A DNA stretch of 64,000 bases from Verrucomicrobiota bacterium (lineage in GTDB: Bacteria; Verrucomicrobiota; Verrucomicrobiia; Opitutales; Cerasicoccaceae): the NCBI GenBank assembly GCA_039818205.1, contig JBCBUK010000015.1:38980-102979 (forward strand), in the 5' to 3' direction. The notes beneath the pieces were generated by a model. It was not told where the DNA came from, made no database searches, and saw nothing but the letters and a program-made list of their open reading frames with translations. How positions within the stretch are numbered: the stretch's first letter is position 1; each line of letters begins with the position of its first letter. Below are positions 29,566 through 38,030 of the stretch, piece by piece. The translations under genes and the position numbers were made by a program.

Positions 29566-31874
29566 TACGAATCGGTTTTTGAGGTCGCCTTGCTCGTGTT
29601 CTTCACCAAAGCCCAAACGCCTACTGCGGCGATTGTTAGCACAATGATTTCGCCCAGTGTGTCTAAGGCCCGGAAGTCGACTAGGATCACGTTTACCACA
29701 TTCGATCCATGGGCTTCGGGGTAGCTCCAAGCAGCAATTGTTTCCGAGATGCTTGGTGCGAACTGAAGCGCTTTCGACTTGAGAATGAGTAGGGTAACAA
29801 GCACCCCAACGAGTGCGCTTAATACCGCATCAAAGGCAATGATTCGGTTCGAGGAGAACTGGCGGAACTGCGGTAGCTTGTAGATGACCCAGGCAAAGAG
29901 CGTCATGGTCAGCGTCTCCACCAAGACCTGGGTGATAGCTAGGTCGGGTGCGCTATAGGCCGCAAAGATGAAGGCCACGCCAAACCCAACAACACTTAGT
30001 GAAAGCAGTGCGGTGAGCCGGTTTTTTGACACGGCAGCCAACGCAATCCCGACGAACATTGCGATCGAGGTCAGCAGCACTGGCCAGGAGAATGATTCAA
30101 CGTTGTCTCCAAGTTCGAAGCTCGGGTAGCGCCACAGCTTGAAAGTGATCAGTACGGCAGCCGTTATGATAATGATCAATAGATAGTTCCGCAGGTAGCC
30201 GGATTGAAGTAGCCGAGTTTGCCATCGGGCAAATCGCAGAACGTTGTCCAACAGCATCTGATACACCTGGTCACCGCTCTTGATTGTGATCTTGTTCAAC
30301 ATACGAGCGATTGAGTGATTGGTGATGGCGAGGAATATTCCAAGAGCCAGGGTAATCACACTGAGTAACAGTGGCAGGTTGAGTCCGGCCCAAAGATGTA
30401 GGGGCGTGTTACTTCCTTGTTGCAGCATGGTTGCAACGGCCGCATTGGCTAATGGGCTTAAGGTTGCTGGTGCGAGTCCGAATACCAGGCTGAGAGATGC
30501 AAGCAAGAGCGGACCGATGCGCATCGACCAACTCACTTCGTGCGGTGTTTTGAACTGGCTTGGGTCGCCCTTTTTCTTCCAGAAAGGAATGAAGCCGGCT
30601 TTGATAGCCAGGGCGATCAGTATGGCGTTCCCGAGGATAAGCACGCTAGTCACGATCCACGCGTCGTCGCCGTAGATACTTGCCTTGTAAGTATATTCTT
30701 TGCCGATGAATCCAAGGAAGGGCGGTAGGCCCATCTTGGACGCCACGGCTAGGGTTGCGGCCGCGGCAGACCAAGGCATTGCCTTCTTCAGCCCAAATAG
30801 AATCGACGATTCTCGGGTGCCGGTTGAATGGTCTATCGACCCAGCGACCATGAAGAGAGTTGCCTTATAAAGCGCGTGGCCTATCAGGAAAACAATCGCA
30901 GCGAGCAGGGCTTTTTCACTCCCAATACCGAGGAGCAGGGTGAGGAGGCCCAGCACCGACAGTGTGGTGCCCGCCAAGATTTTCTTTAGGTCGTTTTGCT
31001 TCAATCCGAAATAGCCGCCAAGGAGCAGCGTGATTGAGCCCGCGATCGATAACGTATAGGTCCATGCGACAGTGCCGCCTAAGATCGGGAACATGATTGC
31101 GAGCAGGAATATGCCAGCCTTTACCATCGTAGCTGAGTGCAGGTAAGCACTCACCGGTGTCGGCGCCGACATCGCATTCGGTAGCCAGAAGTGAAATGGG
31201 AATTGGGCTGACTTGGTAAACGCTCCAAGTGCGATCAAGGTAAAGATTGCGGGATAGGCACCGGAAGCTGTCACGTCTATACCGGAACTGTATATCTCCG
31301 ACAGAAGCCATGTTTCGGTTACGTTTGAGAGTAAAATGAGGCCGGCAAGCAGAGCCATGCCGCCCATCCCAGTAACCAGCAGCGCTTGTAGTGCGTTTCG
31401 GCGAGCGGACTCATTCTCGTGATTGAATCCAATTAGCAGGTAGGACGAGATACTGGTAAGTTCCCAGAAGATAAAGAAGATCAGCAGGTGGTCCGCAAAT
31501 GCCAGACCCACCATTGCCAGCATGAAAAGGTAGAGGTAGGCATAAAGTCTGTGCGCGTGTGGATACTTATCCATGTAGCCACTCGCGTAGGCCATTATCA
31601 GTGCGCCGATTCCGGTGACTAACAAGGCCAACATCCAACCAACACCGTTGAGGGCGAGGGCCAGCTGTAAGTCGAGTTGTGGGACCCACTCAAGGCTGAC
31701 GCTTGGCTGGTTTCCGCTGAGAACCTGCGATCCGAGCGGCCCAAGGATGATCACAAACGCTGCCAACGCCGGCAGTGCAAGAACCCAGCTGCGGAGTGCT
31801 TTCGGGATGCGCCCGCTAACGGTTGCCAGCGGTACAGCGAGAAGCAGTATGAGTAATGTACTAATCAGTAGCAT
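29565..31874 (-). CDS. mrpA: Mrp Na+/H+ antiporter subunit A
   Basis: FWELTSISSYLLIG, TKSAQFPFHFWLPNAMSAPTPVSAYLHSATMVKAG, APDLAITQ, NVILVDFRALDTLGE. Confidence 0.96.
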   Translation of the reverse strand: MLLISTLLILLLAVPLATVSGRIPKALRSWVLALPALAAFVIILGPLGSQVLSGNQPSVSLEWVPQLDLQLALALNGVGWMLALLVTGIGALIMAYASGYMDKYPHAHRLYAYLYLFMLAMVGLAFADHLLIFFIFWELTSISSYLLIGFNHENESARRNALQALLVTGMGGMALLAGLILLSNVTETWLLSEIYSSGIDVTASGAYPAIFTLIALGAFTKSAQFPFHFWLPNAMSAPTPVSAYLHSATMVKAGIFLLAIMFPILGGTVAWTYTLSIAGSITLLLGGYFGLKQNDLKKILAGTTLSVLGLLTLLLGIGSEKALLAAIVFLIGHALYKATLFMVAGSIDHSTGTRESSILFGLKKAMPWSAAAATLAVASKMGLPPFLGFIGKEYTYKASIYGDDAWIVTSVLILGNAILIALAIKAGFIPFWKKKGDPSQFKTPHEVSWSMRIGPLLLASLSLVFGLAPATLSPLANAAVATMLQQGSNTPLHLWAGLNLPLLLSVITLALGIFLAITNHSIARMLNKITIKSGDQVYQMLLDNVLRFARWQTRLLQSGYLRNYLLIIIITAAVLITFKLWRYPSFELGDNVESFSWPVLLTSIAMFVGIALAAVSKNRLTALLSLSVVGFGVAFIFAAYSAPDLAITQVLVETLTMTLFAWVIYKLPQFRQFSSNRIIAFDAVLSALVGVLVTLLILKSKALQFAPSISETIAAWSYPEAHGSNVVNVILVDFRALDTLGEIIVLTIAAVGVWALVKNTSKATSKTDS

Positions 31875-31886
31875 TAGCCGAGTCGG

Positions 31887-32792
31887 TTAGTCGCTGAGCA
31901 GTGCGTTAATCAATTGGAGACCAGAGCCTTTGCTTTTCGCGGCAATCACCGGAACAGGCGATTTCCGCAGTAGCTCTTCGGCGTTACTGCCCAGCAGCAA
32001 GGCAGCGACGGTTCCTTTGCCACGACATCCCACGACGACGAGGTCACTCTTTAGCACGTTCACTTCGCGAATCACGGCATCAACCATCGACGGGCTATGC
32101 ACGTATTTCATGTTCACCGATACGCCTTTGTTGTCACAATGAGTTGTGAACTCAGCATGCTTTTCTTGAGCATATTCCAGGGCCATTTTTTGAAGTTCCT
32201 CCTTCGGTACCGCGGCGCGATGCGCCTGAAAGCCGACATCGTAAACATGTATGCAGTCGATCGCCGAAATCTCTTCTGCGGAAGCGAAGGCAGTTGCGAC
32301 ATCGAGAGCATTGGCTGAGTATTCGGAGAAGTCGGTTGGTACGAGGATGCGCTCGAGACCGTTGTCATTGCCGTCTGGAATGATCATTACCGAGCAGGGC
32401 GCTTTACGGGCTAGACGTATTGCCATGTCATGGCCAAATCCTCGCTGATCAACGATGACCAGGTCACATTGGCTGGAGACCGTGTATTTTAGAACAGCCA
32501 ATACGGGGCTCTTGTGGTCAAGCACCTCGTAGACGAGTTCGGTTCCGCTGAATCCGTCCCAGTGGGCTTCGACTACCGCTTTCATTTCCGAAGTGATCTG
32601 TTTGTCTAGGGGTTCAACGAGCCAAGGATACTTCTGCTTCGCTTTGTCCGGAATTTCCGGGACTTCAATCGGATGGATGAAGGTTACTCGCTCACTTTCC
32701 GCGAGTTTGCTGATGGTGGATGTCCACCGAATGGCGGCGGGATCTTCCGGTGAAAGGCCGAGTATAATTGCGACATTTTTATAGCGTTTCAT
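31887..32792 (-). CDS. Tandem universal stress protein
   Basis: RILVPTDFSEYS; DLVVVGCRGKG...LLLGSNAEELLRKSPVPV; degenerate first USP domain. Likely start MKRYK (32792); alternative 32813. Confidence 0.9.
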   Translation of the reverse strand: MKRYKNVAIILGLSPEDPAAIRWTSTISKLAESERVTFIHPIEVPEIPDKAKQKYPWLVEPLDKQITSEMKAVVEAHWDGFSGTELVYEVLDHKSPVLAVLKYTVSSQCDLVIVDQRGFGHDMAIRLARKAPCSVMIIPDGNDNGLERILVPTDFSEYSANALDVATAFASAEEISAIDCIHVYDVGFQAHRAAVPKEELQKMALEYAQEKHAEFTTHCDNKGVSVNMKYVHSPSMVDAVIREVNVLKSDLVVVGCRGKGTVAALLLGSNAEELLRKSPVPVIAAKSKGSGLQLINALLSD

Positions 32793-32796
32793 GAAA

Positions 32797-32864
32797 CACG
32801 AAATAAATGTCATGAAATGGATAACGCAAGCTGTTTTGGTATTTTTTACGAAAATAAATTCGCG
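32797..32864. promoter_or_regulatory. Two imperfect palindromic operator candidates (YACGAA-N6-TTCGYR-like)
   Basis: CACGAA-ATAAAT-GTCATG (32797-32814) and TACGAA-AATAAA-TTCGCG (32847-32864), 50 bp apart in the divergent promoter region. Confidence 0.55.
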
Positions 32865-32902
32865 AATTGATTTTTGCTGATTTTTTCTTTTTCTATGGTC
32901 TT

Positions 32903-33196
32903 ATGTCTGAAAAATCCCCTTGGACTTTCTTTAGCAACCATGCGCATGTGTTAGTCAGCTTGGCCCGCAATCCCGAGCAGCCGCTGCGCGAAGTCGCAAT
33001 TGCCGTAGGTATCACCGAACGGGCGGTTCAGCGGATCGTCGCTGATTTGGAGGATAGTGGCTATTTGGAACGGCAGCGGCAGGGCCGTCAGAATTCCTAC
33101 GTCATCCATGACGACATTCCCTTACGCCATGAACTGGAATCGCACCGGACGATTGGTGACCTGCTTGATGTTGTTGTCGCGCAGGCGGATCAGTAG
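32903..33196 (+). CDS. Small winged-helix transcriptional regulator (ArsR/MarR-like)
   Basis: [11 protein letters not shown]...[39 protein letters not shown]; divergent from the usp-mrp-sbtA operon. Confidence 0.9.
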   Translation: MSEKSPWTFFSNHAHVLVSLARNPEQPLREVAIAVGITERAVQRIVADLEDSGYLERQRQGRQNSYVIHDDIPLRHELESHRTIGDLLDVVVAQADQ

Positions 33197-33248
33197 CCGG
33201 TCGCGAGAGGCGGATGGTCTAACGCTTTGAAAAAAGAATCGCCGCCGC

Positions 33249-34283
33249 TCATTTCGAGTAAGCGTTGTCGTATCCCAGGAGCTCTTGCCCCTCGCGGCAA
33301 GCATCGGCCAACGCATCGTGTTCTTCGCGCGAAAGACGATGCCAGCTTGGCGGGCGTTTTGTGGGTAGGGCCGATGCCGCGTCGAGCCACGAACTGTCAG
33401 CAAGACTTGGGTCGACGAATTGGATCATCTTCTCGAGCTCGGAGCGGGGTGATTCGACCAGTGTCTCATAGCTCATAGATAGCAGTCGGTCTTCGCCGAG
33501 AGGCCCCAGGTGTTTGAGCCCAAGGCAAATCATGGCACTCCAAAAGCGCCCAAAGGCGGCAAGCGGAAGTTTTATTCGATCATACTGCGTCTTGGAAAAA
33601 GTGGAGAACCGTAGTCGCTCAAAGAACGGTATCCAGGGGCTGGTGCCGGGCGAGTTGAATGGCGAAAAAGGATCCATCCCGAAGCTCCGCATGCGCTCAG
33701 CTGCCTCGGTCCGTAAGCGAAAGTAAGGATGCTTCTGCATGGATAGCGCCGTGTCTCGCCCATCACGGTGAATGTGGATAAAGCGGGCATCTGGAAACCA
33801 ATCAGCCAAGGTGACAACCCAGTTGAGTGAAGCACCCGAGCGCTCAAACCATACGGTGCGTCCCAGGCGCGACGTCAGCCAGTCAAATACGAAGCGATAG
33901 TGCTCCGCGACGGAACTCGCCGGGCGTTGTTCGAGCGCGGTCCGCAGCTCATCCCAAAGTGCATCGGGCTGATCTGCCAGATGCGGTAGGGTCGTGCAAA
34001 GGATGGGCGGAACTTCGGTTGCCGAATATCGCCCTTCGGCGAGCGGATACAGAAACTCATCAACAAAGATCGCGTTGGCGTGAAGCGCTTTTCCGGCAGG
34101 CGATAGCGTGGCCAATCGGTTCGCGATCGCTGGACCCGTCAGAGTCTTCCCACGAAAGGCGATTGACGACAGTGAGGTGAAAAATTCCGAGATGCTCGCT
34201 ATCTGCGGATGCTGCCGCACGATGTTGGACAAGAGGGTGGAGCCGCATCGGCCCGTGCTGACAATGAATATGGGTGAAGCCAT
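33249..34283 (-). CDS. PAPS-dependent sulfotransferase family protein
   Basis: IFIVSTGRCGSTLL (5'-PSB loop), FIHIHRDGRDTALS (3'-PB), SYETLVESP; likely start MASP. Confidence 0.88.
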   Translation of the reverse strand: MASPIFIVSTGRCGSTLLSNIVRQHPQIASISEFFTSLSSIAFRGKTLTGPAIANRLATLSPAGKALHANAIFVDEFLYPLAEGRYSATEVPPILCTTLPHLADQPDALWDELRTALEQRPASSVAEHYRFVFDWLTSRLGRTVWFERSGASLNWVVTLADWFPDARFIHIHRDGRDTALSMQKHPYFRLRTEAAERMRSFGMDPFSPFNSPGTSPWIPFFERLRFSTFSKTQYDRIKLPLAAFGRFWSAMICLGLKHLGPLGEDRLLSMSYETLVESPRSELEKMIQFVDPSLADSSWLDAASALPTKRPPSWHRLSREEHDALADACREGQELLGYDNAYSK

Positions 34284-34393
34284 CGCTATCGTGCCTTTGA
34301 ACATGATGGCATCGTTGATTGGATCAAGCGCCAAGACCGCTCGCGAACTATTCGCGTTGACTCCGTCGTTGGGATTAATTCCGCTCGGTTCTG

Positions 34394-35233
34394 ATGCAGG
34401 AGTCGCAAAACGCCAAGGCACAGATCAAAGGTTGGGAGATTTCCTACCCGCCACTTGCCGTGGCCTGTAAGGCGATGATGGCCACTATCTGGTTCAGCGC
34501 TGCTCTTTTCGGGGCATACATCTTGGCCTTCTACGCGGGGAACTGGTTAGCGCAGAAACATGAGTTGTGGAACACTTACCTTCCTGAGCTCTATGACGCC
34601 AAGCGGCCAGTTTCAACGGTTGGCATGGGGGTTCACTTTGCGGGTGGTGGCATTATTTTGATCTTGGGCTGCATTCAGATCATGAACGGCGTGCGCGAGC
34701 GATGGCCGCGGTTCCATCGAATTACCGGTCGCATTTACCTCCTGGCCTGCCTGCTGACAACGCTGGGTGGTCTCACTTTCATTTTCACTAGTGGAACGAT
34801 TGGTGGACCGGTCATGGACGTCGGCTTTGTTGGCTACGGAATTTGTATGATGGTGGCGACTGTTGAGACAGCCCGCCATGCGATCAAAGGCCGTTTTGAC
34901 GCTCACCGCGCCTGGGCTCTGCGCCTGTTTGCGCTCGCGATCGGCTCTTGGCTCTACCGGATGTACTATGGCTTCTGGTTTTTATTGTTTGGCAAGTGGC
35001 TGCATACGCCAGACTTCCGCGGGCTCTTCGACTTTTTCATGTCATATTGGTTCTATATCCCTAATCTTCTGGTCGTTCAGGCGATACTGGGTCGAGGTGA
35101 TTGGTTCCGTAGCCAATTCGCACAACGATTGACCACCGTTTTGCTTTCGGGCAGCACCCTTTTTCTTATTCTCGGCACCTACTTTTTTGGCGCAAAGATC
35201 TGGCTGCCGAAGATATTCTACTGGTTTATGTAG
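34394..35233 (+). CDS. DUF2306-like membrane protein
   Basis: RERWPRFHRITGRIYL and AHRAWALRLFALAIGSWLYR; multiple TM helices with conserved His. Confidence 0.8.
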   Translation: MQESQNAKAQIKGWEISYPPLAVACKAMMATIWFSAALFGAYILAFYAGNWLAQKHELWNTYLPELYDAKRPVSTVGMGVHFAGGGIILILGCIQIMNGVRERWPRFHRITGRIYLLACLLTTLGGLTFIFTSGTIGGPVMDVGFVGYGICMMVATVETARHAIKGRFDAHRAWALRLFALAIGSWLYRMYYGFWFLLFGKWLHTPDFRGLFDFFMSYWFYIPNLLVVQAILGRGDWFRSQFAQRLTTVLLSGSTLFLILGTYFFGAKIWLPKIFYWFM

Positions 35234-35248
35234 GGGTTGCGACCGAGT

Positions 35249-36430
35249 ATGTCATCGACTGATAGCTGGATTTGGAAGGTGGCTTCACCGCACCCACCAC
35301 TTTCTCCCGAGCGGATTGAGTCAGCTCGGAGAGTCCATGGAGATGCCGTCGATGAGTATTTGCAACACTTGCAGGTGGGGGATCCGCTGGCAGATGCCCT
35401 GGTGAAGGATTTTGAGCAACTGCCCAAAGGAGCGGGCTTCGAACTCTTTGTTCGAGCAATTGGCGAAGGTATTGGTTCCATCGAGAATCCGCCGGAATCG
35501 CTCGTCGCGTTTTTTGAACAAGTCGACGCTGTTCCGGATTGGGTTGATTGGGACCGTATGTCGATTGCCAGCGAGAAGATCATCAATGCTGGCTTGTTGA
35601 CGGGGATGGCTTTTGCTCTCTGCGCGTTGCCCCACAGCTATCTGGCAAATGCCAACGCGCCGCTGGTTTTTACCCGTCAATTAGTGGACTCAACCGCTCA
35701 TCGGTACGCGAATACCTCGCGATTTGTGATCGAGTCATTCATGCCTGGCGGGCTCCGACGCGACTCAGATGGATTCCGGCTCGCAATGATCGTCCGCTAC
35801 ATGCACGCGCAGGTGCGGAAGCAGATTGCTGAGTCCGATGATTGGGATCCCACGTTAGGGGTTCCATTGAATCAAGCTCACCTTGCAATGAACAACATCT
35901 TCTTCTCGGTCTACGTGATGCGAGGGCTATCGGGGTTGGGCGTTGATTTTTCTGCCGAAGAACGTGAAAGTGTTATGATTACCTGGCGCTATGTGGCCTA
36001 TTTGTTTGGCCTGGATCCTCGTTTGATATGTGCGACAGAAGTAGATGCCAACCAGCTGTTGCAGACTGCGTTCAGTGTCGAGTTCGACCCGAATGATGCG
36101 TCGCGGCTTTTGAGTGATGCGATGATGAAAGCAGGTCCGGAATACATGAAGCTGCGTGATGAACGCCTGGGGCAGGTTTTTATCACGCTGCTCTATCCCT
36201 TGTCCCGCTTGTTACTGGGAGATGAACTTGCGAATCGCCTCGACTACCCGCCCGAGAAACGACGTTTGATGTGCTTTGGCTTCGTCCGAATGGTTCGTTT
36301 GTTCGAGCGCTACCCATCCCTGATGCCGCGATCCATCCGGCACTGGCTTGGTATCGAGTTTTGGCTCGATAAGAGTCACTACGGGGAATCGGATGCGCTT
36401 AAACGGTCGCACGCTGTGCAGCCAAAATAG
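35249..36430 (+). CDS. ER-bound oxygenase MpaB / latex-clearing-protein-like heme oxygenase (DUF2236)
   Basis: GDPLADALV, VPDWVDWDR, RYANTSRF, VRYMHAQVR (putative heme His), GVPLNQAHL, WRYVAYLFG. Confidence 0.85.
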   Translation: MSSTDSWIWKVASPHPPLSPERIESARRVHGDAVDEYLQHLQVGDPLADALVKDFEQLPKGAGFELFVRAIGEGIGSIENPPESLVAFFEQVDAVPDWVDWDRMSIASEKIINAGLLTGMAFALCALPHSYLANANAPLVFTRQLVDSTAHRYANTSRFVIESFMPGGLRRDSDGFRLAMIVRYMHAQVRKQIAESDDWDPTLGVPLNQAHLAMNNIFFSVYVMRGLSGLGVDFSAEERESVMITWRYVAYLFGLDPRLICATEVDANQLLQTAFSVEFDPNDASRLLSDAMMKAGPEYMKLRDERLGQVFITLLYPLSRLLLGDELANRLDYPPEKRRLMCFGFVRMVRLFERYPSLMPRSIRHWLGIEFWLDKSHYGESDALKRSHAVQPK

Positions 36431-36455
36431 GCGGGAATGGTCCTGGTAAACTGGT

Positions 36456-36487
36456 GAGCGCCTTGGTCGAATGGACGCAAGGCGCTC
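36456..36487. terminator. Hairpin between convergent genes
   Basis: GAGCGCCTTG/CAAGGCGCTC stem. Confidence 0.55.
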
Positions 36488-36520
36488 GGGCTATCTAATC
36501 CCTAATAATAGCTGTCTGGT

Positions 36521-37363
36521 CTATGGAATGTAGGTCTCAACCCAATCCGCGTGAAAGTCCGGATAGTTTCCGGGAGCGGGTAGGTGGTTTTTGTGGGGTG
36601 AGCTTGTGAAGTACATTTCCATTGGGGTATCAACCCGGGTAATGTTGGAGGTGTGCTCAAGCTTCCCGTTGATGTAGAAGGTGGCCTGTGTGTTGCGGGT
36701 AGTGCGGCAGGCCCAGTGGGTCCAGCTTCTTACCCGTTCCATCGCCCAATTGTAGTGCCAGGTCGGCTGTGTCCAGGGGAACCAGTTTCGCTTGGATTCG
36801 ACCTTGGGGTTCGCCCCCCAATCGTGGTGCGCATGGTTCAAGATGCCGCTTTGGTATTCCATAATGTCCAGCTCGTCACCGCCGCCTTTAGAGGTCCAGA
36901 ACGTTGGCCAGATGTCGGCAAAGTTCCAGTCGACCTTGAGGTGGGCCTGGAATTGACCCTCGGTTAGCCAGTTGGCCTTGGACGAGAACCAGCCTCCGGA
37001 ATACTCAAATGTCCGGCCGTTCTCCGTGATCGGAGTCGAATGATGCCAGTTGATCACGCGAAGCGCTGAGCCGGTCATCTGAATGTTCTGGGTACGGAAT
37101 CGAGTCCAGGTGAGTGAGCCATTTTTCCGTTTGGATTGCTCCCAATTGATCCAGCTTGGGGGTACATCGGTCCATTGCCAACCAATACTGGTGTCATTGA
37201 AGTTATCGGTAGCCCAGTTATACTGTGACCAGCCATTTGGATGCTGTAGCTTTTGGGCTTCAGCGACTTGGGGATTTAGGGCAAGGATGCACGCGAGCGC
37301 AGACGTCGTCGCTGCCGCCATCCTGATAATCGATTGAGGGATAGTTATCTCATGGATTTTCAT
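36521..37363 (-). CDS. Secreted glycoside hydrolase family 16-like protein
   Basis: Signal peptide (...VAEA), WPTFW, catalytic ExDxxE motif ELDIME, TFYING. Confidence 0.8.
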   Translation of the reverse strand: MKIHEITIPQSIIRMAAATTSALACILALNPQVAEAQKLQHPNGWSQYNWATDNFNDTSIGWQWTDVPPSWINWEQSKRKNGSLTWTRFRTQNIQMTGSALRVINWHHSTPITENGRTFEYSGGWFSSKANWLTEGQFQAHLKVDWNFADIWPTFWTSKGGGDELDIMEYQSGILNHAHHDWGANPKVESKRNWFPWTQPTWHYNWAMERVRSWTHWACRTTRNTQATFYINGKLEHTSNITRVDTPMEMYFTSSPHKNHLPAPGNYPDFHADWVETYIP

Positions 37364-38030
37364 TGTTTTTGGTGTACTTGGTGTTCGTTAACGGTGCCCA
37401 AATCCGCGTGTGACCAGGGCACGCCAAACCACGCACAGCTATGCTGGTACTTGGGGCGGTGACAGAACACACGACGAGAAATCAGGCTTGGGGAAACCGT
37501 CTGTTGGGGATGACGGAATATGTATACGGTATTGGTGGTTTGATCAAGGCTTGATTTGCCAAAAAGTACAATATAAAGATTTCAAAAAGCAATAATTTAG
37601 GGTTTTCTCGTGTAAAGCGAACCGGATTATACAAGAATCTGTGTGGCGGCACTCCGCTAGGTCTGAAGTATTCTATCTAGGTTTTTGCTTATTGGAATGG
37701 TTCGACTACTGACGCAGACGGCGCGAGTTTAGTTTTCCAGAGTGCCTTGAGGCACTTCCGCACAATGCTGATTTGCTGCACTTGGTCATCGCGGGTATCT
37801 CACCGCTCCAAGGGTGCGATTTGTGCCGCATTTGCTCGGAAATACGGGTCGGGGAGTGCGTGATGGCATATGTTTAGTTAATATTCATTAAGCTTACTTT
37901 TTCTTAACTAATGCACTCAAATGCTGTGGATTCTTGCTTTTGTGTCGGTTAAATCGAGTAGGAGGTCAGAGAAATTTGACCTTGTCTTTGGGGCGAAAGA
38001 CCCTAGGAATGCGCGAGTTCGTATATTCTA

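Noticed and set aside
37364..38030. ncRNA or pseudogene in the 670-bp intergenic region
   Set aside because: Only short stems and a TTAGTTAA/TTAACTAA repeat; nothing recognisable in the frames I translated.
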